Part shown: positions 48,272 to 57,177 of the stretch, piece after piece
Layout: every line of letters starts with the position of its first letter
How positions within the stretch are numbered: position 1 is the first letter of the stretch
The notes under the pieces: generated by a model
Told to the model about the DNA's origin: nothing
What the model saw: only the letters and a program-made list of their open reading frames with translations
Database searches by the model: none
Assembly: GCA_002069945.1 (NCBI GenBank)
Contig: MWCH01000004.1
Coordinates: 4,959-68,958 of the forward strand
Direction: 5' to 3'
Origin: Microgenomates group bacterium ADurb.Bin219
Lineage (GTDB): Bacteria > Patescibacteriota > Microgenomatia > UM-FILTER-40-11
DNA: 64,000 nucleotides
Made by a program: the position numbers and the translations under genes

Positions 48272-49165
48272 TTAAATTTTTTCATTCATCTTCAAAATCT
48301 CTACCGTAGACAGACCGGACCGAGCGCGGTTTTTAGCAACAAGGATAAGGTCCGTCCATCTGCATAGCGCGGCTATTGTTATCTTAATATAAGTTGGATG
48401 AAGAAAAATTCTCCTAATAATAAAAAACAGATGGGAAAATAATAGCTTAAAGCTGTCTATGTGCTTCCAGGTTAAAAGAAGATGATTCCTTTGTTTAATT
48501 AAGTCAAGGTAACTTTGATTGAAAGATATTGTATTAATCGTCGCCTCGTGTTGGTGATAAACTTTGGCCTTCGGTTCAAGTAAACACCTCCAGCCTGCCT
48601 TATAAGCCCTGATGCCCAAATCTAAGTCTTCAAAATAAAAAGGAAGAAAAAGTTCATCCATGCCCCTAAGTTCCTGCCAATATTTTTTTCGAAATACAGA
48701 ACTTCCACCATTCGGCCATCCTGTTAAACAGGTCTTCGATACCTGCTCCGTCGGTTGGATATTTAACCACCCGTCTTTCCAAATAAGCTTTCCCGGCCCA
48801 AACTTTCCGACATCAAACGAAACAGCAAAAACACTTGGATCCTTAAAGTGGGGCAAAACTTGCTTCAGAAAATCCGGCCGGGGAGCAACGTCATTGTTCA
48901 AAATTACAACTAAATCACCTTTCGCTTCCTTAACCCCAGTATTGCAGGTAACCGAATAGCCAAAATTCTTCTTATGTTTGAATACTTTTACCTGGGGAAA
49001 ATTTTTTCTTAAATAATCCGGCGAATCGTCGCTTGAAAAGTCGTCAATCACTAAAATTTCTTCAATCTTGTTTTCGGGATTTCTCACCGCTTCCAAAACT
49101 TGCGGTAGGTTTTTCTCAAGAAGTTTTCTTCCATTCCAATTAGTAACTAATACGGATACGCCCAT
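48272..49165 (-). CDS. GT2 family glycosyltransferase
   Basis: VSVLVTNWNGRKLLEKNLPQVLEAV...ILVIDDFSSDDS, ILNNDV, EDLDLGIRAYKAGWR. Confidence 0.7.
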   Translation of the reverse strand: MGVSVLVTNWNGRKLLEKNLPQVLEAVRNPENKIEEILVIDDFSSDDSPDYLRKNFPQVKVFKHKKNFGYSVTCNTGVKEAKGDLVVILNNDVAPRPDFLKQVLPHFKDPSVFAVSFDVGKFGPGKLIWKDGWLNIQPTEQVSKTCLTGWPNGGSSVFRKKYWQELRGMDELFLPFYFEDLDLGIRAYKAGWRCLLEPKAKVYHQHEATINTISFNQSYLDLIKQRNHLLLTWKHIDSFKLLFSHLFFIIRRIFLHPTYIKITIAALCRWTDLILVAKNRARSGLSTVEILKMNEKI

Positions 49166-49212
49166 GACTGAATTCTATCACCAAATTTAAGTTTCTCCAA
49201 AAAAATTACAAA

Positions 49213-50655
49213 TTATTCGGGCAATGAAAGCAAGGATTCATCTCCCTTGGTTAGAATGACCTGACCTTTAGTAAAAGGAGGGATTTGTGTAAGTTCATCA
49301 ATTTCCGTTTTCTTTCCAACTATCCATTTAATTTCTTTTTTTTTGACTTTTTCCGCTAAATCTTGTCTGCTTAAGAAAAATAAGCCCGTGCCAGCACTTT
49401 TGTCCGAGGAATAAACATAGCGATCTGTATAATAAATTGTTGTTGGATAAAGATGATCTAATCTGACAACCAAATCATCTTCTTTCGAAATTCTTCGAAG
49501 ATAAAGGCTAACCTCTGCTTGATTAGCTGTCGTTTGGCTGGTCATAACCGAACGAATGTTGACAATATAAGTCTTATACGAAACATAAGAAGACAAAGCT
49601 AAAACCATAAAAACTACCAAATACTTAATTATTCTTCTCTTTTCGAATATCTTTAAAAATTTGTTGGTCCCACAGGCAACGGTTATTGCCCAAAAAGGCA
49701 TAGAAGGAATTAAATACCAGTTATTATCTCTTTGGCCAAAACCGACTAAAATCAGCAAAAAGGTAGAAAAAGCCACCATTAAAAAGTTCTTTGCTTCTTT
49801 TATCTTAGTAATCAAAAAAAATAATCCCATCACAAAAACCCAAAAAAATCTTCTTTGTAAGCTGTAATAGCAATACCTAATATAATTAAAATTGAAGTGG
49901 GAAAGAACAAAATTTGCGGCACCCTGGTCCGATTGAAAAAGATAGTATTGGGCGAAATGCCAACCTTGCTTTATGCTCCCTAAAAAAAGCCAGCTACAGG
50001 AAATTGAAACAAAGATTAATAAAAGTAATAAATAACTTTCTTTCTTTTTCTTTAGATCGTTTCTCCGAAAGAAAAGTTCGTGAAGGACAAAAATTCCTAA
50101 GGGAAAAAAGACCAAGGAGGCTTTCGTCAAATAAATAAGAGCAAACATTATTCCAAGCAAATAATTTCTTTCTTTCCTTCTTGATAAAATCAAAAAATAA
50201 ATTAAAAAAATCTCCAACGAGACAAGTGCATCGAGATTTCCCGTCCTGGCTCTCCAAATAAAAACATTATTCAGCGCTAAGGAGGAAAAACCTAAGAGAG
50301 AAGGTACTAAACCATAACTCCGATAACAATAGTAAGTCGTAGCAGTAATAATAACCAAAGCACTGAAGGCTGACGGAAGCCTAATCGAAAACTCGGAGAG
50401 CCCGATTACGCTTGAGATTAACGCTCCTACCCACATAAAAAAGGGTGGCTTATCCAAAAGAACACTCCTATTCCAATACAAAACAATAAATTCTTTTTTT
50501 CGCATCATGTTCCTTATAATATCCCCATACCAAGCTTCATCCCAATTTTCTAAATAAAATCCACCTAATTTATAAAAAACAATATAGGCGGCAAAAGCCC
50601 CTAATGCTACCAATACGAGCTTTTTCCCAATTTTTATAAAATCTTTAAATATCAC
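49213..50655 (-). CDS. GT-C fold glycosyltransferase, ArnT/GT83-like
   Basis: YLENWDEAWYGDIIRNM (DE loop), LDKPPFFMW, GLSEFSIRLPSAFSAL; 480 aa polytopic. Confidence 0.6.
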   Translation of the reverse strand: MIFKDFIKIGKKLVLVALGAFAAYIVFYKLGGFYLENWDEAWYGDIIRNMMRKKEFIVLYWNRSVLLDKPPFFMWVGALISSVIGLSEFSIRLPSAFSALVIITATTYYCYRSYGLVPSLLGFSSLALNNVFIWRARTGNLDALVSLEIFLIYFLILSRRKERNYLLGIMFALIYLTKASLVFFPLGIFVLHELFFRRNDLKKKKESYLLLLLIFVSISCSWLFLGSIKQGWHFAQYYLFQSDQGAANFVLSHFNFNYIRYCYYSLQRRFFWVFVMGLFFLITKIKEAKNFLMVAFSTFLLILVGFGQRDNNWYLIPSMPFWAITVACGTNKFLKIFEKRRIIKYLVVFMVLALSSYVSYKTYIVNIRSVMTSQTTANQAEVSLYLRRISKEDDLVVRLDHLYPTTIYYTDRYVYSSDKSAGTGLFFLSRQDLAEKVKKKEIKWIVGKKTEIDELTQIPPFTKGQVILTKGDESLLSLPE

Positions 50656-53084
50656 CGATTTTCCCTCCGTTGAAATTTCAATAACAAAAATATTGCCACT
50701 GTCAAAGAGAAAACAGAAACTAAACTTCCTAAAATTACTGTTTTTGGCCGGTAAACAAAATGAATTTGATGTTCTCCTTTAGGAACAGCTACAGAACGAA
50801 AATTAAAATTTGCCCTATAAATTGGCGTTCTCGTGCCGTCGATATAAGCTTCCCATCCCGGAAAATACGAATCGGAAACAAACAAAAAGGAAGGCCTATC
50901 AACTGCTACACTAATTTTCTCTTCGTTAGGTTGATAGGTAAGCCATTCCAGGCGGTTCTCCTTCTTTTGAGTTTTATCGTCTTCAGAGATATCAAAACTG
51001 ACATCCGGTTCAGTTTCTAAAACAATAGTCTTTTTAATATTAAATTGAGGTTCGGAAATTAACTTAATAATTTCCCTGTTATTCTTTGCCACCTTAAAGT
51101 CATTAACCAAAATCGCTCTCGGTAAACAATCTACGTTCTTTAAAACAACAACTCTTTTATCTTCAAAAACTTTCTCAAATTTTTTATCTCTAAATTTCCA
51201 ACCAGGAATCCCTGCTGGGTCAGGAACAGAAATTTCGTTACGTTTGACGGCTAAAAGATAGCAAATATTCGCTAGGTCAAAAAATTTATTATCGTATTTC
51301 TCTACCCCTCCAAATCTGCCTTGGGCAGAAATTCCGTCACCACCATTAATTACCGACATAAATTGAGTCGATCTCAGGGTTCCGAAAGCATCGTATCCAG
51401 AAAATGATTCTAGACCGTATGGCATCAACATATTCATCGGGACAGCGTCTCCTCCTTCAACCCGAAAGACCCCTTTTTGGCTCTTTAGATAATTAAGTAC
51501 TGGAGTAGTCGGAAAAATTAACTTTCTGTCAGAAAAAGGAGTATATTTCCAGCCAAATCTCACCAGCTCAAAATAAACCAAGAAGAGAAAGGAAATTCTT
51601 ACTAGTCTTGACAGACTATTTCTTAAAACCCCCAGAATTAATAATAAACAGGAAGCAAGAATAAAACCAAGCGGTAAAACCAAATTTCTCATTCCTACGT
51701 TTAAATTTCTTAGCCAACCTTCTAATACCTCCCGAGAAAACGAATCGGTTGCTACTCCTGAAAAGGATCTAAATGATTGCCGGGACAAAAAAGAGCCTGT
51801 CAAAACCCCGAAGACAACGATTGTCGGCAAATATAAACTTCTAATTACCTTAAAATCATATTTTTGTTTTAGAAAATCAAGACCGAACGCTGCTAAGGCG
51901 GCTAAAGAAAAATTTGCCAGAAAAAGTACTCTATCTCCCGCGGCTCCACCCAATCCTAAAAATTTTAATTTATTAAGAAAAATCGCCGCCGGTGAAGGAA
52001 AAGCAAAAGAAAGAGAAAAGACAAAAAGCAACAACAAAAACAAAATCTCTTTCTTCTTAATAAAAATAACTGCTAGCGAAGCCAAAATAACTACCACTAT
52101 TCCAGAATAGCCGCTATTCCTAGTGTAATTCCCTTCTCCCCAATAATTTCCTGTGGTAATGTTACCAAAATAATCCGGAGCGAAAAAAGAAATTAGATTA
52201 TTGTTTTTTAGGTAGGCTTCGTTTCTATTAATCGTTTCAATTTGCCGACGAGAATTAATCAAAAGCTCAAACGAAGGAAAAAGTTGAATACCAGAAAGGG
52301 TAATACCTAAAATAAAAAATAAAATTAAATCGATTGCCCTTTTCTGCCAAAACTTCTCAACTATCATAACAAAAAGTATTTCTGCAAAAACAGAATAAAC
52401 TATTACCTGTGGATAACCGGAAAAAATTTGCAAAGCTAATGTAAGGCTAAAAAGAACACCAAAACGTATTTTTCCCGATCTTAAATATTTGCTGGAAAAT
52501 AGCAATAGAAGCGGTAAAAAAGAAGCAGTAAAGACATGGGAACCCCATTGAGACCATATTATGGAAAAGCCAGAAAAGGAATAAACAATTCCGCCTAAAA
52601 GACTACTGAGCTTGCTTATTTTCAAATATCTTAGTAACCAATAAATAAACAGCCCGCAAAATAAAGTCTGAAAGAAAATTTGCATCCCCCAGGCGACAGG
52701 AACAGGGGAAACGAAGTAGAATAGATTGGTTGGATTAAAAATTCCTAATTGAATATTCCCCAAAAAAGGATAACCGCCAAACATATAAGGATTCCAAAGA
52801 GGTAATCTTCCATTCTTCAGTGAACTGATTAAATAGCTTTTCATTGGAAAGAAAAGAGAGACCACGTCGGAAATCAAAGAATTTTTTACAGGAACCCCAA
52901 CTGTATATCCCCATTTATAATCGAGCCACGGAAAATACATTCCTACAATAATATCAGCCGGGATAGGAATTGATCCTTTAAAGAAAAATCTCCAAAAAAA
53001 AATGATTACCAGAAAAACAAGTACGGAAAATGGCCAAATCCGAGAAAAGCATCTCTTAAAATCCATGTTCTTTGTTCGCTGCAA
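50652..53084 (-). CDS. YfhO-family membrane protein (GT-C-like)
   Basis: 810 aa; N-terminal region PADIIVGMYFPWLDYKW...GRLPLWNPYMFGGYPFLGNIQLGIFNP resembles the YfhO family signature; ~13 TM helices, an extracytoplasmic domain and a C-terminal TM anchor. Confidence 0.55.
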   Translation of the reverse strand: MQRTKNMDFKRCFSRIWPFSVLVFLVIIFFWRFFFKGSIPIPADIIVGMYFPWLDYKWGYTVGVPVKNSLISDVVSLFFPMKSYLISSLKNGRLPLWNPYMFGGYPFLGNIQLGIFNPTNLFYFVSPVPVAWGMQIFFQTLFCGLFIYWLLRYLKISKLSSLLGGIVYSFSGFSIIWSQWGSHVFTASFLPLLLLFSSKYLRSGKIRFGVLFSLTLALQIFSGYPQVIVYSVFAEILFVMIVEKFWQKRAIDLILFFILGITLSGIQLFPSFELLINSRRQIETINRNEAYLKNNNLISFFAPDYFGNITTGNYWGEGNYTRNSGYSGIVVVILASLAVIFIKKKEILFLLLLFVFSLSFAFPSPAAIFLNKLKFLGLGGAAGDRVLFLANFSLAALAAFGLDFLKQKYDFKVIRSLYLPTIVVFGVLTGSFLSRQSFRSFSGVATDSFSREVLEGWLRNLNVGMRNLVLPLGFILASCLLLILGVLRNSLSRLVRISFLFLVYFELVRFGWKYTPFSDRKLIFPTTPVLNYLKSQKGVFRVEGGDAVPMNMLMPYGLESFSGYDAFGTLRSTQFMSVINGGDGISAQGRFGGVEKYDNKFFDLANICYLLAVKRNEISVPDPAGIPGWKFRDKKFEKVFEDKRVVVLKNVDCLPRAILVNDFKVAKNNREIIKLISEPQFNIKKTIVLETEPDVSFDISEDDKTQKKENRLEWLTYQPNEEKISVAVDRPSFLFVSDSYFPGWEAYIDGTRTPIYRANFNFRSVAVPKGEHQIHFVYRPKTVILGSLVSVFSLTVAIFLLLKFQRRENR

Positions 53085-54384
53085 AAAGTTTAAAAATTAA
53101 AAAAGCGCTGGTTCCTGCTAAAAAACTCCTAATTAAACTTTTTAACTGAAAAACATCCGTATAGCGACCAAGAATTTCGGAAAAGCCAACTGCTTTTTCT
53201 AATTGAGGATTAATTGGGTTAAACAGACCAAAAGATAATGACGGCTCAAACAATAATGTCAAAGCCAACCAACAACTGGAAATGGCTAACGTTAAGACAA
53301 GATGTCTGTAATCATTTTCCACTAGCTCCCAAATTAAAAATGGAGTCACCCATAAAAACCATTGCGGGTGAAAGTGGGTAACCGAAAAAGTTAAAAGTAA
53401 CACCGCTAGGAAATAAATACTGGGACTAAGTTTCTTTTTAGTATAAAAGGCTAAAAAATGAATAATCGTCAAAAATAAAACAAATGGGTAAACTACCTCC
53501 GCTCCAGAAAGAGCCCAGCCCATAAAAAGCATTTTTTGACTTTTAGGAGAAAAGACCATTGCTCGGAAAGCAGAGGAACCTAAGTAGGGAGCAATAAAAA
53601 GAAGAAAAGGAAAAATTCCAATTATGGCTAATTTAATTCTTTCGCGAAATTTATCGGTTAATAAAAAAACTAAAGGCAACAATAAAAAAAGCGGATACAT
53701 TTTATAGGAAGCAGCAACCCCCATCATAAAAACCGACAAATTAAATCTTTTCTTTTGAAAAAAGTACAAAGACAGAACCGTAAAAAACGTCGGTAAAAGA
53801 TCCAGCTGCCCCATCATAAAGGAAGTGTAAATTGCCAAAGGATTAAATAGCCAAAGAAGAAAAGCCGCATTTTTCTTTTTTTCTTCCCGGAATAACCCCG
53901 CCAACAGAAAAGCTACCCCGATATCAAAAAAGAGATACGGGAGTTTAAAGAAAAAAAGGTGCTTGCCTAAATTCGGATAGGAGTGAATCAAACTTAAGTT
54001 CTCCATTAACCAGGGAATAAAGTTAGGATCAGTAAAAGGCTTAACTAAAATCCTGAAAATACCCAAAGTGTAGTAGGTCAATGGCGGATAAATAAAAATA
54101 TCGCTAATCCCGAAATTTTTTACCAGAGGATGGGTTGGAGAAAGATTAGCTAAGGTATCATAAAGGTTGAACTTGCCTTCGTAAGCAAAAAAATAAGCAC
54201 TAAAGGAATGGCCGAGCAAATCCGGATGAAGAGTAATTGGCATCAGAATCATCCGTACGACAACCGCTATCGCAAGCAAGAAAAGTGTTTTTTTATTTAA
54301 AAATCTAAAGGACGATCCTTTTAACATTTTCGATGAAGTTCTCCTTTGAAAAGATTTTACTCCTTTTAGCTGCCTGATTGCCAA
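53056..54384 (-). CDS. GT-C fold membrane glycosyltransferase, DUF2029/GT87-like subfamily (copy C)
   Basis: LHPDLLGHSF N-terminal loop; LWLFNPLAIYTSFMMGQLDLLPTFFTVLSLYFF block homologous to 38754-40058. Confidence 0.45.
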   Translation of the reverse strand: MAIRQLKGVKSFQRRTSSKMLKGSSFRFLNKKTLFLLAIAVVVRMILMPITLHPDLLGHSFSAYFFAYEGKFNLYDTLANLSPTHPLVKNFGISDIFIYPPLTYYTLGIFRILVKPFTDPNFIPWLMENLSLIHSYPNLGKHLFFFKLPYLFFDIGVAFLLAGLFREEKKKNAAFLLWLFNPLAIYTSFMMGQLDLLPTFFTVLSLYFFQKKRFNLSVFMMGVAASYKMYPLFLLLPLVFLLTDKFRERIKLAIIGIFPFLLFIAPYLGSSAFRAMVFSPKSQKMLFMGWALSGAEVVYPFVLFLTIIHFLAFYTKKKLSPSIYFLAVLLLTFSVTHFHPQWFLWVTPFLIWELVENDYRHLVLTLAISSCWLALTLLFEPSLSFGLFNPINPQLEKAVGFSEILGRYTDVFQLKSLIRSFLAGTSAFLIFKLFAANKEHGF

Positions 54385-55354
54385 TCAAAATAATTTTTCC
54401 TTCATCTTTAATAAGTTCAGTAGTTTTTTCTTCTAACTCTGATTCTGTTTCCCAAAAATAGCCGCTTTTGCCCTCCTCGACAATTTCTTTAAAGCCACCT
54501 TTCTTTAGTAAAAACGGCACTGCTCCGGCAGACATGGCCTCAACTGCAGTCATCCCAAAATGCTCAACTCTCTCCGGCTGGGATTCTTCGTCCACATCAA
54601 AACCGCTAGCTGACCAAAATATTTTCGCCTTTGAATAAAGATTGACCAAATCGGCAAACGGAATATTTTCTTCAATTTTAATAGGATAGCCAGAAACAAT
54701 CTTTTTCAAGTAACTAACGAACTCCTTACCACCAACGTCGCTTCCACCGGCGATAACCAATCGCCATCCTTTTAATCCATTATTACATAGCCTTTTAAAA
54801 ACCTTTATCAAAATATCCTGTTTTTTTGCCTGAAGCAGTTGGGAAAATCTGGCGACAGAGATAATTAAATTTTCTTTTTTCTCCGGCTTAAAATTTTCAA
54901 GGTTAATCGGCGGATGAATTACTTTGCTGGAGATTCCAAATGTTTTATCGATAAAATTCTTAGTAAAATATGAATTACAAACAACTTCGGAAATCATCAA
55001 CAATTTGATTTTATTTAACAATGAATTACCCCCGATTCTTTTAAATGGAACCTGAACATGAAGAATATTTTTTTTACCGAACATCAAAGGAATGCTGCCG
55101 TCACCCATAAAAAACAACAAATCATACTTACGTAAGGTAATAAATTTTTCAATAATCCCCTTGGGGGCTGGAATAAAATTTGCCTTCCCAATATCCAATC
55201 CTAATCTTTCCTCGATTTTTTTCTTTAAATTTTCTCCATCCCAAAAAATATCAACCTCAAAATCATTTTTCAGAAGTAATTCGGCCAATGTCAAACAATA
55301 TTTTTCTCCCCCGCCGAGTGTATCCAAATATGGATCGTAAATTCCCGCTTTCAT
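54305..55354 (-). CDS. GT4 family (GT-B) glycosyltransferase
   Basis: N-terminus MKAGIYDPYLDTLGGGEKY; C-terminal EHFGMTAVEAMSAGAVPFLLKKGGFKEIVEEG (E-x7-E region). Confidence 0.7.
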   Translation of the reverse strand: MKAGIYDPYLDTLGGGEKYCLTLAELLLKNDFEVDIFWDGENLKKKIEERLGLDIGKANFIPAPKGIIEKFITLRKYDLLFFMGDGSIPLMFGKKNILHVQVPFKRIGGNSLLNKIKLLMISEVVCNSYFTKNFIDKTFGISSKVIHPPINLENFKPEKKENLIISVARFSQLLQAKKQDILIKVFKRLCNNGLKGWRLVIAGGSDVGGKEFVSYLKKIVSGYPIKIEENIPFADLVNLYSKAKIFWSASGFDVDEESQPERVEHFGMTAVEAMSAGAVPFLLKKGGFKEIVEEGKSGYFWETESELEEKTTELIKDEGKIILIGNQAAKRSKIFSKENFIENVKRIVL

Positions 55355-56190
55355 AAGTTTTTAGCTTTGAACTTTTCGCTTTTAACAAAATTTTGCATTT
55401 CCCAAAGTCTTGCATAAGTAATAAACACGCTGAAAACCTGGTAAATCGCTTCCAATACTCCTTCCGTCCCGTCACGCCACGCTTGTAGTTTTATCATTCG
55501 TTTATAAAATTCTCTGCCCATTGCTCCGAAAAATCTTTTGGTATTCATCGGCGGATGGTTGGCTTTAAAAAGCATTTCCGCTTCCAAACCTGACCATTGA
55601 ATAGTATTACTTAATTTATGTTCAAATGAACCGCGATGACTATAATGAATTAAAGATTCTTCCAATTTGCCGACTCGACCTTCTATCTGCGGTTGCTCGT
55701 GCAGTTTTCCTTCCCATTTTACAAGTTTATCTTTTTTTATCAGTCTCAGAACATAATCCGGCCACCAGCCGCCAAATCTCATTTCCTTCCCTAGCCGAAT
55801 ATTTCTCCTTGGAATCGCAAACCCCACTTCTCCTGTCCTTTTATTCTCCTGCTCTTTTACTTTAATAAGAATTTCTTCTCTCAAAAGCGATGTCACCCTT
55901 TCGTCCGCGTCCAAATACAAAACCCAATTTCCGGTTATTTTTTTTAAGGCAAAGTTTCTCCACGCCGAATAATCAATTTCTTTCGGCCCTTCATATTTAT
56001 ATACTTTTGCACCATACTTTTCCGCCACTTCCGTTGTTTTATCAATTGATCCGGTATCTAAAATTACTACTTCATCCGCCCACTCAACCGACTCCAAACA
56101 CTCACCAATCACTTCCTCCTCATTCTTGGCGATTACGATAACAGAGATTAACGTCTTGTTTTTTATTATTTTTTCTTTGTCTTTTTTCAT
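55351..56190 (-). CDS. GT2 family glycosyltransferase (paralog of 27229-28041 and 62395-63276)
   Basis: ISVIVIAKNEEEVIGECLESVEWADEVVILDTGSIDKTTEVAEKYGAKV, DxD (YLDADE). Confidence 0.7.
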   Translation of the reverse strand: MKKDKEKIIKNKTLISVIVIAKNEEEVIGECLESVEWADEVVILDTGSIDKTTEVAEKYGAKVYKYEGPKEIDYSAWRNFALKKITGNWVLYLDADERVTSLLREEILIKVKEQENKRTGEVGFAIPRRNIRLGKEMRFGGWWPDYVLRLIKKDKLVKWEGKLHEQPQIEGRVGKLEESLIHYSHRGSFEHKLSNTIQWSGLEAEMLFKANHPPMNTKRFFGAMGREFYKRMIKLQAWRDGTEGVLEAIYQVFSVFITYARLWEMQNFVKSEKFKAKNL

Positions 56191-57155
56191 TTTTGATTAT
56201 TCCAGCTTCCTTTTCCGAATTTTCCTAAATAAAAATCCCTCACTCCGATTTTTTGCCATTTTCTTCCTTTGATAATCATTGTAAGGCTCTCTCTAACTAA
56301 GGCTATTTTTGACCTCAATGGCGCCCATCTTATCCCAAACAAGAGCCGATTCCTAGTTAAAAAATAATCGTGCAGGTTGCTTCCCGATCCGGAAGAAGCA
56401 GCGTTCAGATGCCAAATAATTGATTTTGGCGTATAAAAAAGTTTATAACCGGACTTTAATGCCTTTTGGCAAAAATCCGTTTCTTCAAAATAAGCAAAAT
56501 ATTTTTTATCAAGCAAGCCGGCTTTCTCAAAAACTTCTTTTTTAACCAACATTAAGCAACCGTTCACATACTCTGTCTCTATTTCAGTCTCATATCTTCC
56601 GTCGTCCACTTCGTCAACCCCCCGATGTTTGGCGTAAACATTTTTCCAGTCAATAATTCCCCCGGCATACCAGATAACCTTTCCCCGGTCTGCCGGTTTA
56701 TATCTTTCTTTATGAAATTCGTAGCCTTTCTCAAAATAAATTTTGCCGCCGACAACTCCGATTTTTTCATCCGATTCGGCCGCTTTGATCAACTCCGTTA
56801 AAAAATTTGGCGAAACCCGGGTATCATTATTTAAAAGACAAATATAATCAGCCCCATTTTCAAGCGCATACTTTATTCCTATGTTATTTCCTTCCGCGTA
56901 CCCTAAATTTTCTTTGTTTTCAATTAGTTTAATTGTTAAAGAATTAGCGGATTTTTCTTTTAAATTTTTTAATTTCCTAAATTCGTTAATTTTTTTAATC
57001 GAATCGTCGTTCGACCTGTTGTCCACCACAACAATTTCCCGTTTTTCATTTCCTGACCCTGCTTCCAACGCTTTCATTACCGATTCCAGACACCTTAAGG
57101 TCATTTCTCCCTGATTCCAATTGAGAATAATCAAAAATGTCTTTTTTGTCCTCAT
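56187..57155 (-). CDS. GT2 family glycosyltransferase
   Basis: FLIILNWNQGEMTLRCLESV...IVVVDNRSNDDS, LLNNDT, EETDFCQKALKSGYKL. Confidence 0.7.
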   Translation of the reverse strand: MRTKKTFLIILNWNQGEMTLRCLESVMKALEAGSGNEKREIVVVDNRSNDDSIKKINEFRKLKNLKEKSANSLTIKLIENKENLGYAEGNNIGIKYALENGADYICLLNNDTRVSPNFLTELIKAAESDEKIGVVGGKIYFEKGYEFHKERYKPADRGKVIWYAGGIIDWKNVYAKHRGVDEVDDGRYETEIETEYVNGCLMLVKKEVFEKAGLLDKKYFAYFEETDFCQKALKSGYKLFYTPKSIIWHLNAASSGSGSNLHDYFLTRNRLLFGIRWAPLRSKIALVRESLTMIIKGRKWQKIGVRDFYLGKFGKGSWNNQK

Positions 57156-57177
57156 GCTATTGATTGTATATCATTTT

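Noticed and set aside
53056-54384. 80-nt overlap between 53056-54384 and the downstream-listed GT4 54305-55354 as a sign of a mis-assembly or fusion
   Set aside because: An internal Met (MLKGSS...) shortens the overlap to about 23 nt; the likely cause is the choice of start codon rather than an anomaly.
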